A stretch of DNA of 64,000 nucleotides. Origin: Candidatus Latescibacterota bacterium. GTDB lineage: Bacteria; Latescibacterota; UBA2968; UBA8231. The notes under the pieces were generated by a model. The model was not told the DNA's origin. It did not search any database and saw only the letters and a program-made list of their open reading frames with translations. The position numbers and the translations under genes are program-made. Where the stretch lies: positions 2,102,936 to 2,166,935 of the forward strand of contig CBDCNM010000002.1 in the NCBI GenBank assembly GCA_965219385.1, in the 5' to 3' direction. Positions 30,532 to 40,216 of the stretch are shown here, in pieces (within the stretch, counting starts at the first letter, position 1; each line of letters starts with the position of its first letter).

Positions 30532-31550
30532 CCACTTACCTCCAGGTCGCCCGGGGCCATATCGACCTGGATCTTTTCGCCCGCCTGGTCCCTCCCCAGT
30601 GCAACCCGGAGCCCATATCCTCCTTGAACTGGCAGCGTGGCGAGGATGCCTCCTTATGCTTCGAACTGAGTCTTTCACCCCACCTGCTCAAAGCCGCCCG
30701 GCAGATTATCCCCTGCTTCTCGTGCGTCTCTCGGCGAGACTACGGCTACCGGTTTGCGCTCGAATTCGAGCCTGCCGGCGGAGGACCAAAGGGCCTTGCA
30801 ACTCTGAGCTCTGTGGGCCGCATGGATCTGGTCCCCTCTGCGGCCGAGGCGGAAACGCCTCCGGTAAAATCCGCCATAGACGTCTTTGCAGTGGGCGCCG
30901 AACTCGCCACCGCCACCCTGAAACTACACCTGTATCCGGAAGATCCGGAAGAGCTGAAAAGATCGCCCGCCCTGATTTCCGTCTCCGCGAGTACCGCCAC
31001 CAGAGCGGTTAAGAAAACCTTGCCGGAGTCCGATACCCAGGTGGATATCCCGGTGCCCCCGAAGAGCCAGATGGTACAGGATCTGGCCCTTGGGCCGAGG
31101 ATTTGCTCCCCTACCAGTATTTCCATGCTGCTCGACCACTATGGACGCGCCACCGATCCCCTGAAAATCGCCCGCCTGGCCTACCATCCGCAGCACGATC
31201 TGTACGGGGTCTGGCCCGCCGCCATCTACGCGGCGTCGCGCTGGGGCGTGCTGGGTTATCTCCTAAAGTTTCCTTCCTGGGACGCGGCACAGTGGCTGCT
31301 CGACCGGCGCATCCCCGTGATCGCCTCCATACGCTACGAAGAGGGCGAACTCGAAAACGCCGCCGTCCCCCGGACCAGCGGTCACCTCGTGGTCGTCCGC
31401 GGCTACACCCGGGACGCGGTCGGGGTCAATGATCCGGGGGCCGATTCAGTGGAAAAGGTCTGCCGTTGTTACCCCCGCAAAGCCTTTGAAAAGGTGTGGC
31501 TCGAACGCACGGCGATCGGCTACGTGATTTTTCCAGCAAGACAAAATTGA
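30528..31550 (+). CDS. Peptidase C39-like protein
   Basis: SQM..ICSPTS (Cys), GHLVVVRG (His), VNDP (Asp). Confidence 0.85.
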   Translation: MTTYLQVARGHIDLDLFARLVPPQCNPEPISSLNWQRGEDASLCFELSLSPHLLKAARQIIPCFSCVSRRDYGYRFALEFEPAGGGPKGLATLSSVGRMDLVPSAAEAETPPVKSAIDVFAVGAELATATLKLHLYPEDPEELKRSPALISVSASTATRAVKKTLPESDTQVDIPVPPKSQMVQDLALGPRICSPTSISMLLDHYGRATDPLKIARLAYHPQHDLYGVWPAAIYAASRWGVLGYLLKFPSWDAAQWLLDRRIPVIASIRYEEGELENAAVPRTSGHLVVVRGYTRDAVGVNDPGADSVEKVCRCYPRKAFEKVWLERTAIGYVIFPARQN

Positions 31551-31575
31551 CCATTCGCTCGCTTTTTCAGAGATC

Positions 31576-31724
31576 GTGACCATCAGCCTGGGGGTGCAAC
31601 CCTTGACCACGACTCCCGGGCGGAGACGGCCGCCTCCGGTCCGATTACCTCTAGTACCCTGCTCAACAACGCCGACCAGGCTCTCTACCAGCGGCTTATT
31701 CGGCAGGGGGAGAAACGCAACCGA
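31576..31724 (+). pseudogene. C-terminal remnant of a GGDEF domain
   Basis: VTISLGV...; in another frame LLNNADQALYQ...KRNR. Confidence 0.55.
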
Positions 31725-32828
31725 CTACTGCAGCCGTCCCCGCCCCCACAGCGGCCAGATGGTTTCGATCCTGTCCTGGCGGATGCCGAAAAGTTCCTCG
31801 TGCAGCACCACGGTGGTATCCGAATAACCCACTACGAATTCGATTTTATCGCCCACCCGCGGCGTGGCGCTGGGCGCGGCCAGACAGATGGTGCCGTGCT
31901 CGGCCGAAAAAGCCAGTCCCTCCACCCCCTCTATGCCGATGGGCTTGGGCTCGGTGGAGTCGCTGCTCAGGGTCTTTCTTCCGGCGTCGCAGATGATCCG
32001 CGAGAGCGTGGGCCGGCTGGTGACCGTGGCCAGGATTGTGAGTGCATCCTCGTGCTCCACCCCGAACTTGGTACGGTACTGCCGGTCGGAGTAGATCCCG
32101 CCTCCCGCCTCGATCTCGGTGATGCCCGGCGCAAAGGCGCTCATCCAGTAGGTCCCGGTGCCGCCGCAGCTGATGATGTCCATGGGGATGCCCTCGCCCC
32201 GGCACAACTGCGCCGTGTCCGTGAGGATCTTCAGCGCCGCGAGGACGACCCGGCGCTTCTCGTCCGGGTCCGCGATCCCGAGGGCATGCGACTCCCACGT
32301 CTGCAGACCGGCCAGGTGCAATCCCTTGCAGGGGGCGATCCGGCGGGCCAGCTCCAGGGTGGGTTCGCCCGGCTCCACACCAGCGCGGTTCATGCCCACG
32401 TTCACCTCGATCAGCACCCGTACCTGGACCCCTTTGGCGCGCGCTGCCCGGTCCATTTCCTCCACGTTTTCCGGGTTGTCGACCAGGACCATGATATCGC
32501 AATGTTGCCGCAGGTTGACCAGGCGGGCGATCTTCCGCAGCCCCACCACCTGGTTGGCGACCAGGATGTCGCGGATGCCGGCATAGGCCATGACCTCGGC
32601 CTCGCCGAGCTTGGCGCAGGTGATGCCGTGGGCCCCGGCCTCCAGGAGCATGTGGGCCAGCGCCGGTGTCTTCATCCCCTTGGTGTGGGGCCGCCAGCCC
32701 ACCCCGGCCTCGCGGATGATGATGCGGGCCATGCGCTCGATATTCCTTTCCAGGATGTCCAGATCCACCAGCAGGGCCGGGGTATCCAGGGCCTCCCTGG
32801 GCTGGCCGATCAAACCTAGCTGTGCCAT
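31725..32828 (-). CDS. DSD1-family PLP enzyme (D-threonine aldolase / D-serine dehydratase-like)
   Basis: LDTPAL, RPHTK, CAKLGEAE, GMNRAG, DAGRK, SAEHG. Confidence 0.88.
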   Translation of the reverse strand: MAQLGLIGQPREALDTPALLVDLDILERNIERMARIIIREAGVGWRPHTKGMKTPALAHMLLEAGAHGITCAKLGEAEVMAYAGIRDILVANQVVGLRKIARLVNLRQHCDIMVLVDNPENVEEMDRAARAKGVQVRVLIEVNVGMNRAGVEPGEPTLELARRIAPCKGLHLAGLQTWESHALGIADPDEKRRVVLAALKILTDTAQLCRGEGIPMDIISCGGTGTYWMSAFAPGITEIEAGGGIYSDRQYRTKFGVEHEDALTILATVTSRPTLSRIICDAGRKTLSSDSTEPKPIGIEGVEGLAFSAEHGTICLAAPSATPRVGDKIEFVVGYSDTTVVLHEELFGIRQDRIETIWPLWGRGRLQ

Positions 32829-33007
32829 GATAGACCTTTCTGTTGAGAACGGATTTCGAAAAGATCACGGTGTTTTGCGCCGCGTATCGAGTTAATTTGG
32901 TACGATTTTCGCTCCACCTTCCCCGATCTCCTGAGGTTGCGGAAATACCAACGCATAGCATTCATTTCGATGGAAAACGATTCCTGAGACCCTACGAAAC
33001 TTCCTGA

Positions 33008-33072
33008 GAAGCCGTCTTAAAATTCCTGGTGCGCCCCGAGCGTGAGCGAAACGGGCGTTTTAAAACGGCTTC
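33008..33072 (+). repeat. 65-bp MITE-like element
   Basis: IRs GAAGCCGTCTTAAAA / TTTTAAAACGGCTTC (14/15), flanked by TGA on both sides. Confidence 0.8.
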
Positions 33073-33231
33073 TGAAGTTCCCGTCCCGGGGTAACTCTGG
33101 GCCACAGAGGACGACGTCACCAGCGCATCGTCCTGCCGCTGAAAGACCGCTCGTGGCGGATCTTCCCCCATCCTTATCGCCTGCGGGGCGGAGGCGTGGC
33201 CGGCCGGAAGAGCATCGGCTATACTGGCTCG

Positions 33232-33984
33232 CTATTCTATCTTCCCCCTGTACTCCAGCCCCAGAACCTCGCGGGTGCGCCCTACATTGCAGAATTTTTC
33301 CGCCTCGGGCGGGTTCGCGGTGTGCATGATATCGAAGTCGATGGCCTCGGTTTCCAGGGCCAGGTGACAGGCCTGGGCCAAATCGTGGCGGCAGACCCAG
33401 CTATTGCCGCCCTCCTTCAGGGCTTCCCGCGACTTGCCGATGCCCAGCCGGGCGTCCACGATACTGCAGGGCCGGAACACGATGATGGACTGGCCAAAGG
33501 CCTCGTGGTACTGGCGGCACATCTCCTCCTGCAGACGCTTGGTGACCGCGTAGAGGCTGCCGTCGGGCCGGCGCACATCGGCGGAAAAAAAGATCCCGTC
33601 GGGGTGCTCCACCTGGCACGAGCCCATGTGCACGATCCGTCTGATATTGCGCTGGCGGGCCGCTTCGAGGACATTCCACAACCCCTTGAGGTTGACCAGG
33701 AAGGGCCTGTCGTCGTCCACCCCGTAGGCTCCCTCGGCCCTGGAACTGTAGACCGCCAGGTGTACGATCCCCTCCATGCCTTCCAGGACCCGATCCACGG
33801 TCTGGAAGTCCGCTATATCGCCGTAGACCTTCTCCCCGCCGTCCCACTCGCCGCCGTCCACATCCTCGTAGTCCTTCCAGGCCTCGGGGCCGTATTCAAA
33901 GGCCCGCACCTGGTGTTTGCCGGCGAAATTTTCCAGTACCGCCCGACCCAGCCAGCCGGCGGCGCCAAATACCACAACCTTCAT
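33232..33984 (-). CDS. NAD-dependent epimerase/dehydratase (uronate dehydrogenase-like)
   Basis: GAAGWLG, YAVTK. Confidence 0.85.
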   Translation of the reverse strand: MKVVVFGAAGWLGRAVLENFAGKHQVRAFEYGPEAWKDYEDVDGGEWDGGEKVYGDIADFQTVDRVLEGMEGIVHLAVYSSRAEGAYGVDDDRPFLVNLKGLWNVLEAARQRNIRRIVHMGSCQVEHPDGIFFSADVRRPDGSLYAVTKRLQEEMCRQYHEAFGQSIIVFRPCSIVDARLGIGKSREALKEGGNSWVCRHDLAQACHLALETEAIDFDIMHTANPPEAEKFCNVGRTREVLGLEYRGKIE

Positions 33985-34057
33985 GGTTTCAAAACCTCCT
34001 GTTATTGGTGCTGCGGCGACATGCTCGCAGTGAAGCGCCAGGGTCCCGTACTTCTAA

Positions 34058-34962
34058 GAGGCCCTAACAAAACTCTTTGAGGTACTTCCAACAGATGAGA
34101 ATACATCCGATGTCGAGAAAGGCTTCATGGAGATCACCTCGTCGCTCCCAGCGGACTCGAAGCCGACGGAATTGGTGCAACCATGCCAACGTTCGTTCCA
34201 CCACCCACCGATAGACGCCCAAGCCGCTGCCGTGGGCTTGCCCTCGCCGAGCCAACACCGAGCCGATGCCCCGCTTACGCAAGGCGCGCCGATGGGCTTG
34301 CGAATCATAGGCCCGATCCCCTTGCACCCGATCCGGCCGACGACGCGGGCGGCCGACCCGACCGGCCACCGGGGGTATGCGATCCACCAACGGCAACAGC
34401 TGCGTCACATCATGCCGATGGGCCCCCGTCACCCCCGCCGCCAACGGCACCCCTTGGGCATCGGTGATTACATGGTGTTTGCTACCGGGTTTGCCGCGGT
34501 CCGTCGGATTGGGACCGGTGTGCGCCCCCCCCCAACCGCCCGCACCGAGGCACTATCGACCACCGCACGAGACCAATCAATCCGGTCGGCGGCCCTCAGT
34601 CGGTTCAACAGGATATGATGGACTCTTTTCCAGACCCCGGCTTGTTGCCAAGCGTGCAGGCGACGCCAACAGGTCATCCCCGAACCGCACCCCATCTCTT
34701 GAGGCAAATACTCCCAAGGGATACCCGTCTTGAGCACAAAGAGAATGCCGGTCAGCACCCTACGGTTATCCAGCCGAGGCCGCCCCCCTTGGGGGCCAAC
34801 GGTTACGGGGGGCAAAACCGGTTCAATCAAGGCCCATAACCCATCGTCGAGTAACGGCTTGGCCATCAAAAACACCTCCATATCAAGACGGTAGAAGCAA
34901 TACCGAAGAGGATAAGAATATAATGAAGCCTATACGCGATTCCAAGGTTTTGTTAGAGACTC
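34058..34962 (-). mobile_element. Complete IS5-family element (905 bp)
   Basis: IRs GAGGCCCTAACAAAAC / GTTTTGTTAGAGACTC (14/16); TAA duplicated at 34055-34057 and 34963-34965. Confidence 0.92.
34064..34866 (-). CDS. IS5-family transposase split over two frames (-1 shift at G9, 34525-34533)
   Basis: ORF1 LDDGLWALIEP...VVDSASVRA; -1 frame continues TGPNPTDRGKPGSKHH...GDRAYDS...RWVVERT. Confidence 0.88.
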
Positions 34963-35025
34963 TAAGCCCAACAAATATCCGACCGATTTGATCAACTCGC
35001 AATAGCGGCGGCTTCAGCTACTGCT

Positions 35026-35283
35026 GCCGGCGACGTTTTGTGGGGCGAGCAGGTAGGGCTGCAAGCAGGCACAGCAGCAGGAAGAGTGACGGCGGGGAAT
35101 AGGCGAAGGAGGCCGGCTGCTCTTCGGGGGCGCATCTGAGGCGAGCCCGAAAACCAGGGAAAATCGCTCCTCCGTCTGGGGCTCATAAGAAGCCTTCTTA
35201 AAATTCCCGGTGTGCCCCGAGCCCGGCTGCAAAAGCGCCAGCGGCACAAGCCCCGCACAGCCGACCGCCGATTGCGTGAAGCA
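35026..35283 (+). repeat. Composite copy of the dispersed repeat / MITE family
   Basis: GCCGGCGACGTTTTGTGGGG, TAA-GAAGCCTTCTTAAAATTCCCGGTG and GCACAAGCCCCGCACAGCCGACCGCCGATTGCGTGAAG modules match other copies. Confidence 0.75.
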
Positions 35284-35587
35284 GTGATTGTAATACGACA
35301 GGCGAGGATTTATATTTACAAGGTTTTCTTTCCACCCTCTGTCACCGGGAGGTCCGCCATGGAATACTTCGGGGTGATGCTGATCCTTGCGGCGCTTCGG
35401 CATTCGCGCCCTCGACGCGGCGCTCAAGATCGAAGACTTTTTGCGGGAACTGGATCTAGAATTCGAAACCCTGGTGGGGGTGCGGGGGGAGACAGGGACC
35501 CACTGCTCGAAGCCGTGAAATCCGCTTCGGGATGAGCTCCTTGTCGGCGCTGCTAACCAAGACCAACGTTGCCCAGGAGGCCGGCCT

Positions 35588-36700
35588 ATGGATGGCGCCG
35601 TCGCCCGGATCAGCCTCGCCGCCCTGAAACACAATCTGGACGTGGTTCGACAACGGGCGCCCGGCAGCCGGATCATGGCGGTTGTCAAGGCCAATGCCTA
35701 CGGACACGGGGTCATCAACTGTCTGCCGGCGCTGGAAGAGGCCGACGCCCTGGCGGTAGCCCGCACCGACGAGGGGATTTTTCTGCGCGATCGAGGCGTG
35801 GAAAAGCCCATTGTGGTGCTGGAAGGATTTTTCTCAATCGATCAGTTGCGCCGTTCGCAAGCCGCCGACCTGCAGCCGGTGATCCACGCGTCCTACCAGC
35901 ACCAGCTGGCGAAGGATGCGGGTGTGGCCCTGCAGGTCTGGCTGAAGGTGGATACGGGCATGCACCGTCTCGGTCTGGAAGAACGGACGTATCGAGAGAT
36001 CGTGGCGGATCCCGGCAGCGTCCGAATCGTGGGCGTGATGAGCCATCTGGCCGGCGCCGATGATCGATCAGACCCCGCGACCCCGGATCAGATCGCCCGA
36101 TTTCAACACTTGAGGACAGCCGGTGTGCCGGCGTGCCTGGCCAATTCGGCGGGGATCCTGGGCTGGGGAGACAGTCACTTTGATTGGGTGAGACCGGGCA
36201 TCATGCTCTACGGGATTTCACCCTTCAAGGAACCGCATCCTTGTGCTGCTCTCCGGCCGGTCATGACGCTGACGGCGCCGGTGATCGCCGTAAACAGAGT
36301 CAGGTCGGGAGAATCGGTGGGCTACGGCGGCCATTGGCGCTGCCGGCGGGACTCGGTGATCGGCGTGGTGGCCATCGGTTATGGCGATGGCTACCGGCGG
36401 GAAGCCGGGGACGGTGTACCGGTTCAGATCAACGGTCATCGCTATCCCCTGGTGGGCCGGGTATCCATGGATATGATCACGGTGGATCTCACCGACGGTC
36501 CGATGGTCGATCCCGGTGCCGTGGCCATGCTCTGGGGGCCGGGTCTGCCGGTAGAGAAAGTCGCCGCCTGCCACGGAACCATCCCCTACACCCTGACGTC
36601 TGGACTTACTCGGCGGGTTCGGTTTATTTTTGAACAGCGAGCGCCAGGTCGATGCAAACCATCGACCCTTGAGGCCGGAAGGGGGGCCTGGGACTCGTAA
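35588..36700 (+). CDS. alr: Alanine racemase
   Basis: AVVKANAYGHG, KVDTGMHRLG, RPGIMLYG, VGYG, GRVSMD. Confidence 0.95.
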   Translation: MDGAVARISLAALKHNLDVVRQRAPGSRIMAVVKANAYGHGVINCLPALEEADALAVARTDEGIFLRDRGVEKPIVVLEGFFSIDQLRRSQAADLQPVIHASYQHQLAKDAGVALQVWLKVDTGMHRLGLEERTYREIVADPGSVRIVGVMSHLAGADDRSDPATPDQIARFQHLRTAGVPACLANSAGILGWGDSHFDWVRPGIMLYGISPFKEPHPCAALRPVMTLTAPVIAVNRVRSGESVGYGGHWRCRRDSVIGVVAIGYGDGYRREAGDGVPVQINGHRYPLVGRVSMDMITVDLTDGPMVDPGAVAMLWGPGLPVEKVAACHGTIPYTLTSGLTRRVRFIFEQRAPGRCKPSTLEAGRGAWDS

Positions 36701-36748
36701 AACCCCAGAGGCAATGTCCCCTGGCCGTCCGCCGATTGCGTCAAGTAC
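36673..36748 (+). repeat. Dispersed repeat copy
   Basis: GGCCGGAAGGGG-CCTGGGACTCGTAAAACCCCAGAGGC...CCGCCGATTGCGTCAAGTAC. Confidence 0.8.
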
Positions 36749-36789
36749 TCACACAACCAACACGCGCAACACACGAAAGGAGAACCAAA

Positions 36790-37584
36790 ATGGCCGACAA
36801 CGGAAAAGTTCAGGTGCAGATGATCGGATTCGCCACCCTCAAACTAACGTCGCCCAACGGCAAGGTGTTGCTGATCGACCCCTGGCTCACCGGCAACGAC
36901 TTCTTTCCCGATGGAAATCCGGCGGTGCCCGACGCCTACAAGGAAGACGTTGGCGCCTTCGGCAAGGTCGACATCATCCTGCAGACACACGCCCATTTTG
37001 ATCACCTGAACCTCAACGATATGGTCGCCCTGTCAGAAAGGTTCAACCCCCTTATTCTCGCACCGGTGGAGACCGCCGTCTACATACGCGAAAAAACAGG
37101 GCTCGAAAACTTCTGCAACAACGGCTTCGGCATGAACCGCGGACCGCTGCCGCCCATCGACGGCATTTCCGTGTCCGGTGTTCATTGCGAGCACACCTCG
37201 TCCGAGATCGTGTTGACCGCCGACGAAAAACTGGAAGTGCGCGACGTGGGAGATCCCATCGGCTTTGTCGTGGAATTCGAAAACGGCTTCAAAGTCTACA
37301 TCTCGTCGGATACGGGGCTGTGCTCGGATTTGAAACTGGTCATCGGCGATTACTACAAGCCCGACCTGGCCATCCTGAATATCTGCGGCGGAGGCTTCAC
37401 CATCGGCGGGGACAGCGCCGGATACGCCGTGAAAATGATCAACCCCCGCTACGTGATTCCCGCCCACTACGGCGTGTTCGAGGTGATGGATCAGACGCCC
37501 GACAATTTCCTGGAGGCCCTCAAGGTACACGCCCCTGACGTGAAGCCGTTTGTGCTGGAGCCGGATGAATCAGTAGAGTTCTGA
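36790..37584 (+). CDS. Metallo-beta-lactamase-fold hydrolase (UPF0173-like)
   Basis: LIDPW, THAHFDH, SDTG, IPAHY. Confidence 0.88.
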   Translation: MADNGKVQVQMIGFATLKLTSPNGKVLLIDPWLTGNDFFPDGNPAVPDAYKEDVGAFGKVDIILQTHAHFDHLNLNDMVALSERFNPLILAPVETAVYIREKTGLENFCNNGFGMNRGPLPPIDGISVSGVHCEHTSSEIVLTADEKLEVRDVGDPIGFVVEFENGFKVYISSDTGLCSDLKLVIGDYYKPDLAILNICGGGFTIGGDSAGYAVKMINPRYVIPAHYGVFEVMDQTPDNFLEALKVHAPDVKPFVLEPDESVEF

Positions 37585-37597
37585 GCGAGTCCACCAG

Positions 37598-37798
37598 ATG
37601 GAGCGGGACGCTGCTTCCCTCATCCTGGACGTGTGCACTCCGGCTTTCCGAGCTGAGCGCGGAAAAGCCCGTGGTGGTCTACTGAGAGGTGGGTAGCCGC
37701 GTAGGTCGCCTGGAAAAACTGCTGCGTAAATCCGGTTTCAGGGAGATATGCCGGCCTGGCGGCAAAGCGGGCTTCCCCTCAAGGGGTCATCGGAGTAA
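37598..37798 (+). pseudogene. Decayed rhodanese gene with UGA (possible Sec) at the catalytic position
   Basis: LILDVCTP / KPVVVY(UGA)EVGSRVGRLEKLLRKSGFREI / AWRQSGLP, collinear across frameshifts. Confidence 0.7.
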
Positions 37799-37825
37799 CC
37801 AACCAACAACGGAAGGAAAAACACT

Positions 37826-38467
37826 GTGGCAACCTACCAGGCAGCACCTCCAGACCACGCCGTGATCCTGTTCAACGGCAGCGACGTAAACAATTTGACC
37901 ACGCGCGACGGCCAGCCCGCTGGCTGGAAGGCAGAGGAAAACATCCTGCACGTGGTCCCCGGAACTGGGGACATCATGACCGCGGAGTGCTTTACCGATT
38001 TCTTCCTCCACCTGGAGTTCCGCTGTCCGGATATGCCCGAGGTCTCAGGGCAGGCCAGGGGCAACAGCGGGGTGTTCCTGCAAGGCCGCTACGAGATCCA
38101 GGTGCTGGATTCCTACGGCATCAATATTCCGGGCATGGGGGACTGCGGCGCCATCTACAACCAGTTCGCTCCTCTGCTCAATGCCTGCAACCCTCCCATG
38201 GAATGGCAGACCTACGATGTGGTTTTCCGGGCCCCGCGCCTGCAGGGCGACCAGGTGGTAGAAAACACGCGGCTGAGCGTGCTGCACAACGGGCAGGTGA
38301 TCCACAACAACATCCAGTTGCCGGGCGTGACCGGAGCCCCTCTCGACGAGGAGGTGGGAGAGCCCGGACCGCTACTGCTGCAGGATCACGGGGATCTGGT
38401 GGCCTACCGCAATATCTGGGCCGTGTCCCTGCCGCTGGAAGGCTCGGATACCTACGAGCCGCGCTAG
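37826..38467 (+). CDS. DUF1080 (3-keto-disaccharide hydrolase-like) protein
   Basis: LHLEF, GNSGVFL, YEIQVLDS, LQDHG, YRNIW. Confidence 0.9.
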   Translation: MATYQAAPPDHAVILFNGSDVNNLTTRDGQPAGWKAEENILHVVPGTGDIMTAECFTDFFLHLEFRCPDMPEVSGQARGNSGVFLQGRYEIQVLDSYGINIPGMGDCGAIYNQFAPLLNACNPPMEWQTYDVVFRAPRLQGDQVVENTRLSVLHNGQVIHNNIQLPGVTGAPLDEEVGEPGPLLLQDHGDLVAYRNIWAVSLPLEGSDTYEPR

Positions 38468-38529
38468 CGGGAAGAGCTAGAGGCGGTGGTTAAAACCATC
38501 CAGATCGGCAAAGAAAAAGGAGAGCTGCC

Positions 38530-39381
38530 ATGTTGAACCAGGAACAGGTTGACCGCTACCGGCAAGACGGATTCACTGTGTACCCGAATTTTCTGAGTCC
38601 GGAAGAAGTCGCCGGATTGCTGGACGAAATAGAAAAGATCTCCCAGGGCAATACCCTGGCCGACCACGACAAGGCCCGGATGGAGATGGAGCCGAACCAG
38701 CCCCCGGACGGCACGGCCGTGCGCCGGATTTACGAGCCGTGCACCCAGTACCCGGTGTTTACCGATCTTTCCGAATCCGCCAAACTGCTGGACAGCGTCG
38801 AGCGGTTGCTGGGCCCGAACCTGGTCTACCACTACAGCAAGATCAACATGAAACCGGCCGAGGTGGGCTCGGTGGTAGAATGGCATCAGGACCTGTCCTA
38901 CTACCCCCTGACCAACCGGGACTCCCTGGCCATGCTGTTCTACCTGGACGATACCGACGAAAAGAACGGCTGTCTGCAGCTGCTGCCCGGCCGCCACCAG
39001 GGGACCTTGATGGGCCACTCCCGCGAAGGCTACTTCCAGGGCATGGTCACCGAAGAGGTGGATGCTACCGATGCCGTCTCCGCGGAGGGCGCGGCCGGCA
39101 CCGCCATCTTCATGAACTGTATGACCCCGCACGCCTCGACCACCAACCAGTCCGAACGCCCCCGACGCACCCTCATCCTAAGCTATCGGGCCGCCGATGC
39201 CTTCCCCATCTACTACGGCCCCCAGACCGATAAGGTCGAGTCGTATGCGCGGCTGGTGCGGGGCCGGCTGTCCCCGATGGCGCGCTTCACCATGAGTGAA
39301 TTCCCCATTCCGCGGTACAAGCGCAAGATTGCTTCCCTGTACGAGTTGCAGGAGCAGTCGCAGGCGGAGGAGAATACCTAA
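38530..39381 (+). CDS. PhyH-family Fe(II)/2OG dioxygenase
   Basis: KINMKP, WHQD, LDD...NG, TPHAS..N. Confidence 0.92.
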   Translation: MLNQEQVDRYRQDGFTVYPNFLSPEEVAGLLDEIEKISQGNTLADHDKARMEMEPNQPPDGTAVRRIYEPCTQYPVFTDLSESAKLLDSVERLLGPNLVYHYSKINMKPAEVGSVVEWHQDLSYYPLTNRDSLAMLFYLDDTDEKNGCLQLLPGRHQGTLMGHSREGYFQGMVTEEVDATDAVSAEGAAGTAIFMNCMTPHASTTNQSERPRRTLILSYRAADAFPIYYGPQTDKVESYARLVRGRLSPMARFTMSEFPIPRYKRKIASLYELQEQSQAEENT

Positions 39382-39432
39382 AGTCCCCTATCCCAGGAGA
39401 GTATTGGGTAAGCTATTGGAATCAAAACAAAG

Positions 39433-40182
39433 ATGAAGCACCTACAACTGAATGATCTACCCAAAGAAAACACCGGCACACCCGTTTTCAAAGACCTGGA
39501 CTTCAAAACCCCCTGGGACACCCTCAACTACCTGGAACTCGCTCCAGGCCAGCCCTTCAGTCCAGTTGCCGAGCCGTCCTTCGAACAAGGGTACGTAGTG
39601 CTGGACAGCGCCGTCGAATGCGCCTGTGCTGGACGCGTGGAAACTGCACAAGGCCCGGCAGTACTGCTGTGCCGACCAGGCGCCCACCACACCCTGACCA
39701 ATAAAGGCCAACAGCCCCTCCCTCTGCTCCACGTGCGCGTGGCCCTGGACCCGCCCCCCCACGGCGAACCCTCTTTCATGACCGCAACCGTGGACGTGGA
39801 CAAACTCAAGTGGCGCTCGGCCATCCACGAAGGCGCCGGCCGCATCGCCACCCGGCACATATGGGGGCCCGACGACTTTTCCAGCACCTGGACCTTCCTG
39901 GACCACGCCGTCCTCGGCCCCCACAGCTCGGTGGGCTACCACTACCACGACGCCCTGGAGGAGTGCTTTCTCATCCTGCGCGGAAAGGGCTACATGACCA
40001 TAGCCGACGAGACCTTCGGGGTCGGCCCGGGCTCGGTGACCTGGCAGGGGATCCGGGCCGGCCACGGCATCTACAACCCACACCACGACGCCCTGGATTT
40101 CCTGCGCCTGGCCGTGGCGCAAAAAGACGAAGACCATACCACGGTGGATCTGCACGACAGCCTGGCCGCCCGCCGGCCCTAA
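39433..40182 (+). CDS. Cupin-domain protein (bicupin-like)
   Basis: GYHYHDALEECF and HGIYN cupin motifs. Confidence 0.8.
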   Translation: MKHLQLNDLPKENTGTPVFKDLDFKTPWDTLNYLELAPGQPFSPVAEPSFEQGYVVLDSAVECACAGRVETAQGPAVLLCRPGAHHTLTNKGQQPLPLLHVRVALDPPPHGEPSFMTATVDVDKLKWRSAIHEGAGRIATRHIWGPDDFSSTWTFLDHAVLGPHSSVGYHYHDALEECFLILRGKGYMTIADETFGVGPGSVTWQGIRAGHGIYNPHHDALDFLRLAVAQKDEDHTTVDLHDSLAARRP

Positions 40183-40216
40183 CCATCCTATAGACTTGTA
40201 TAAGGAGAGAGCCAAC

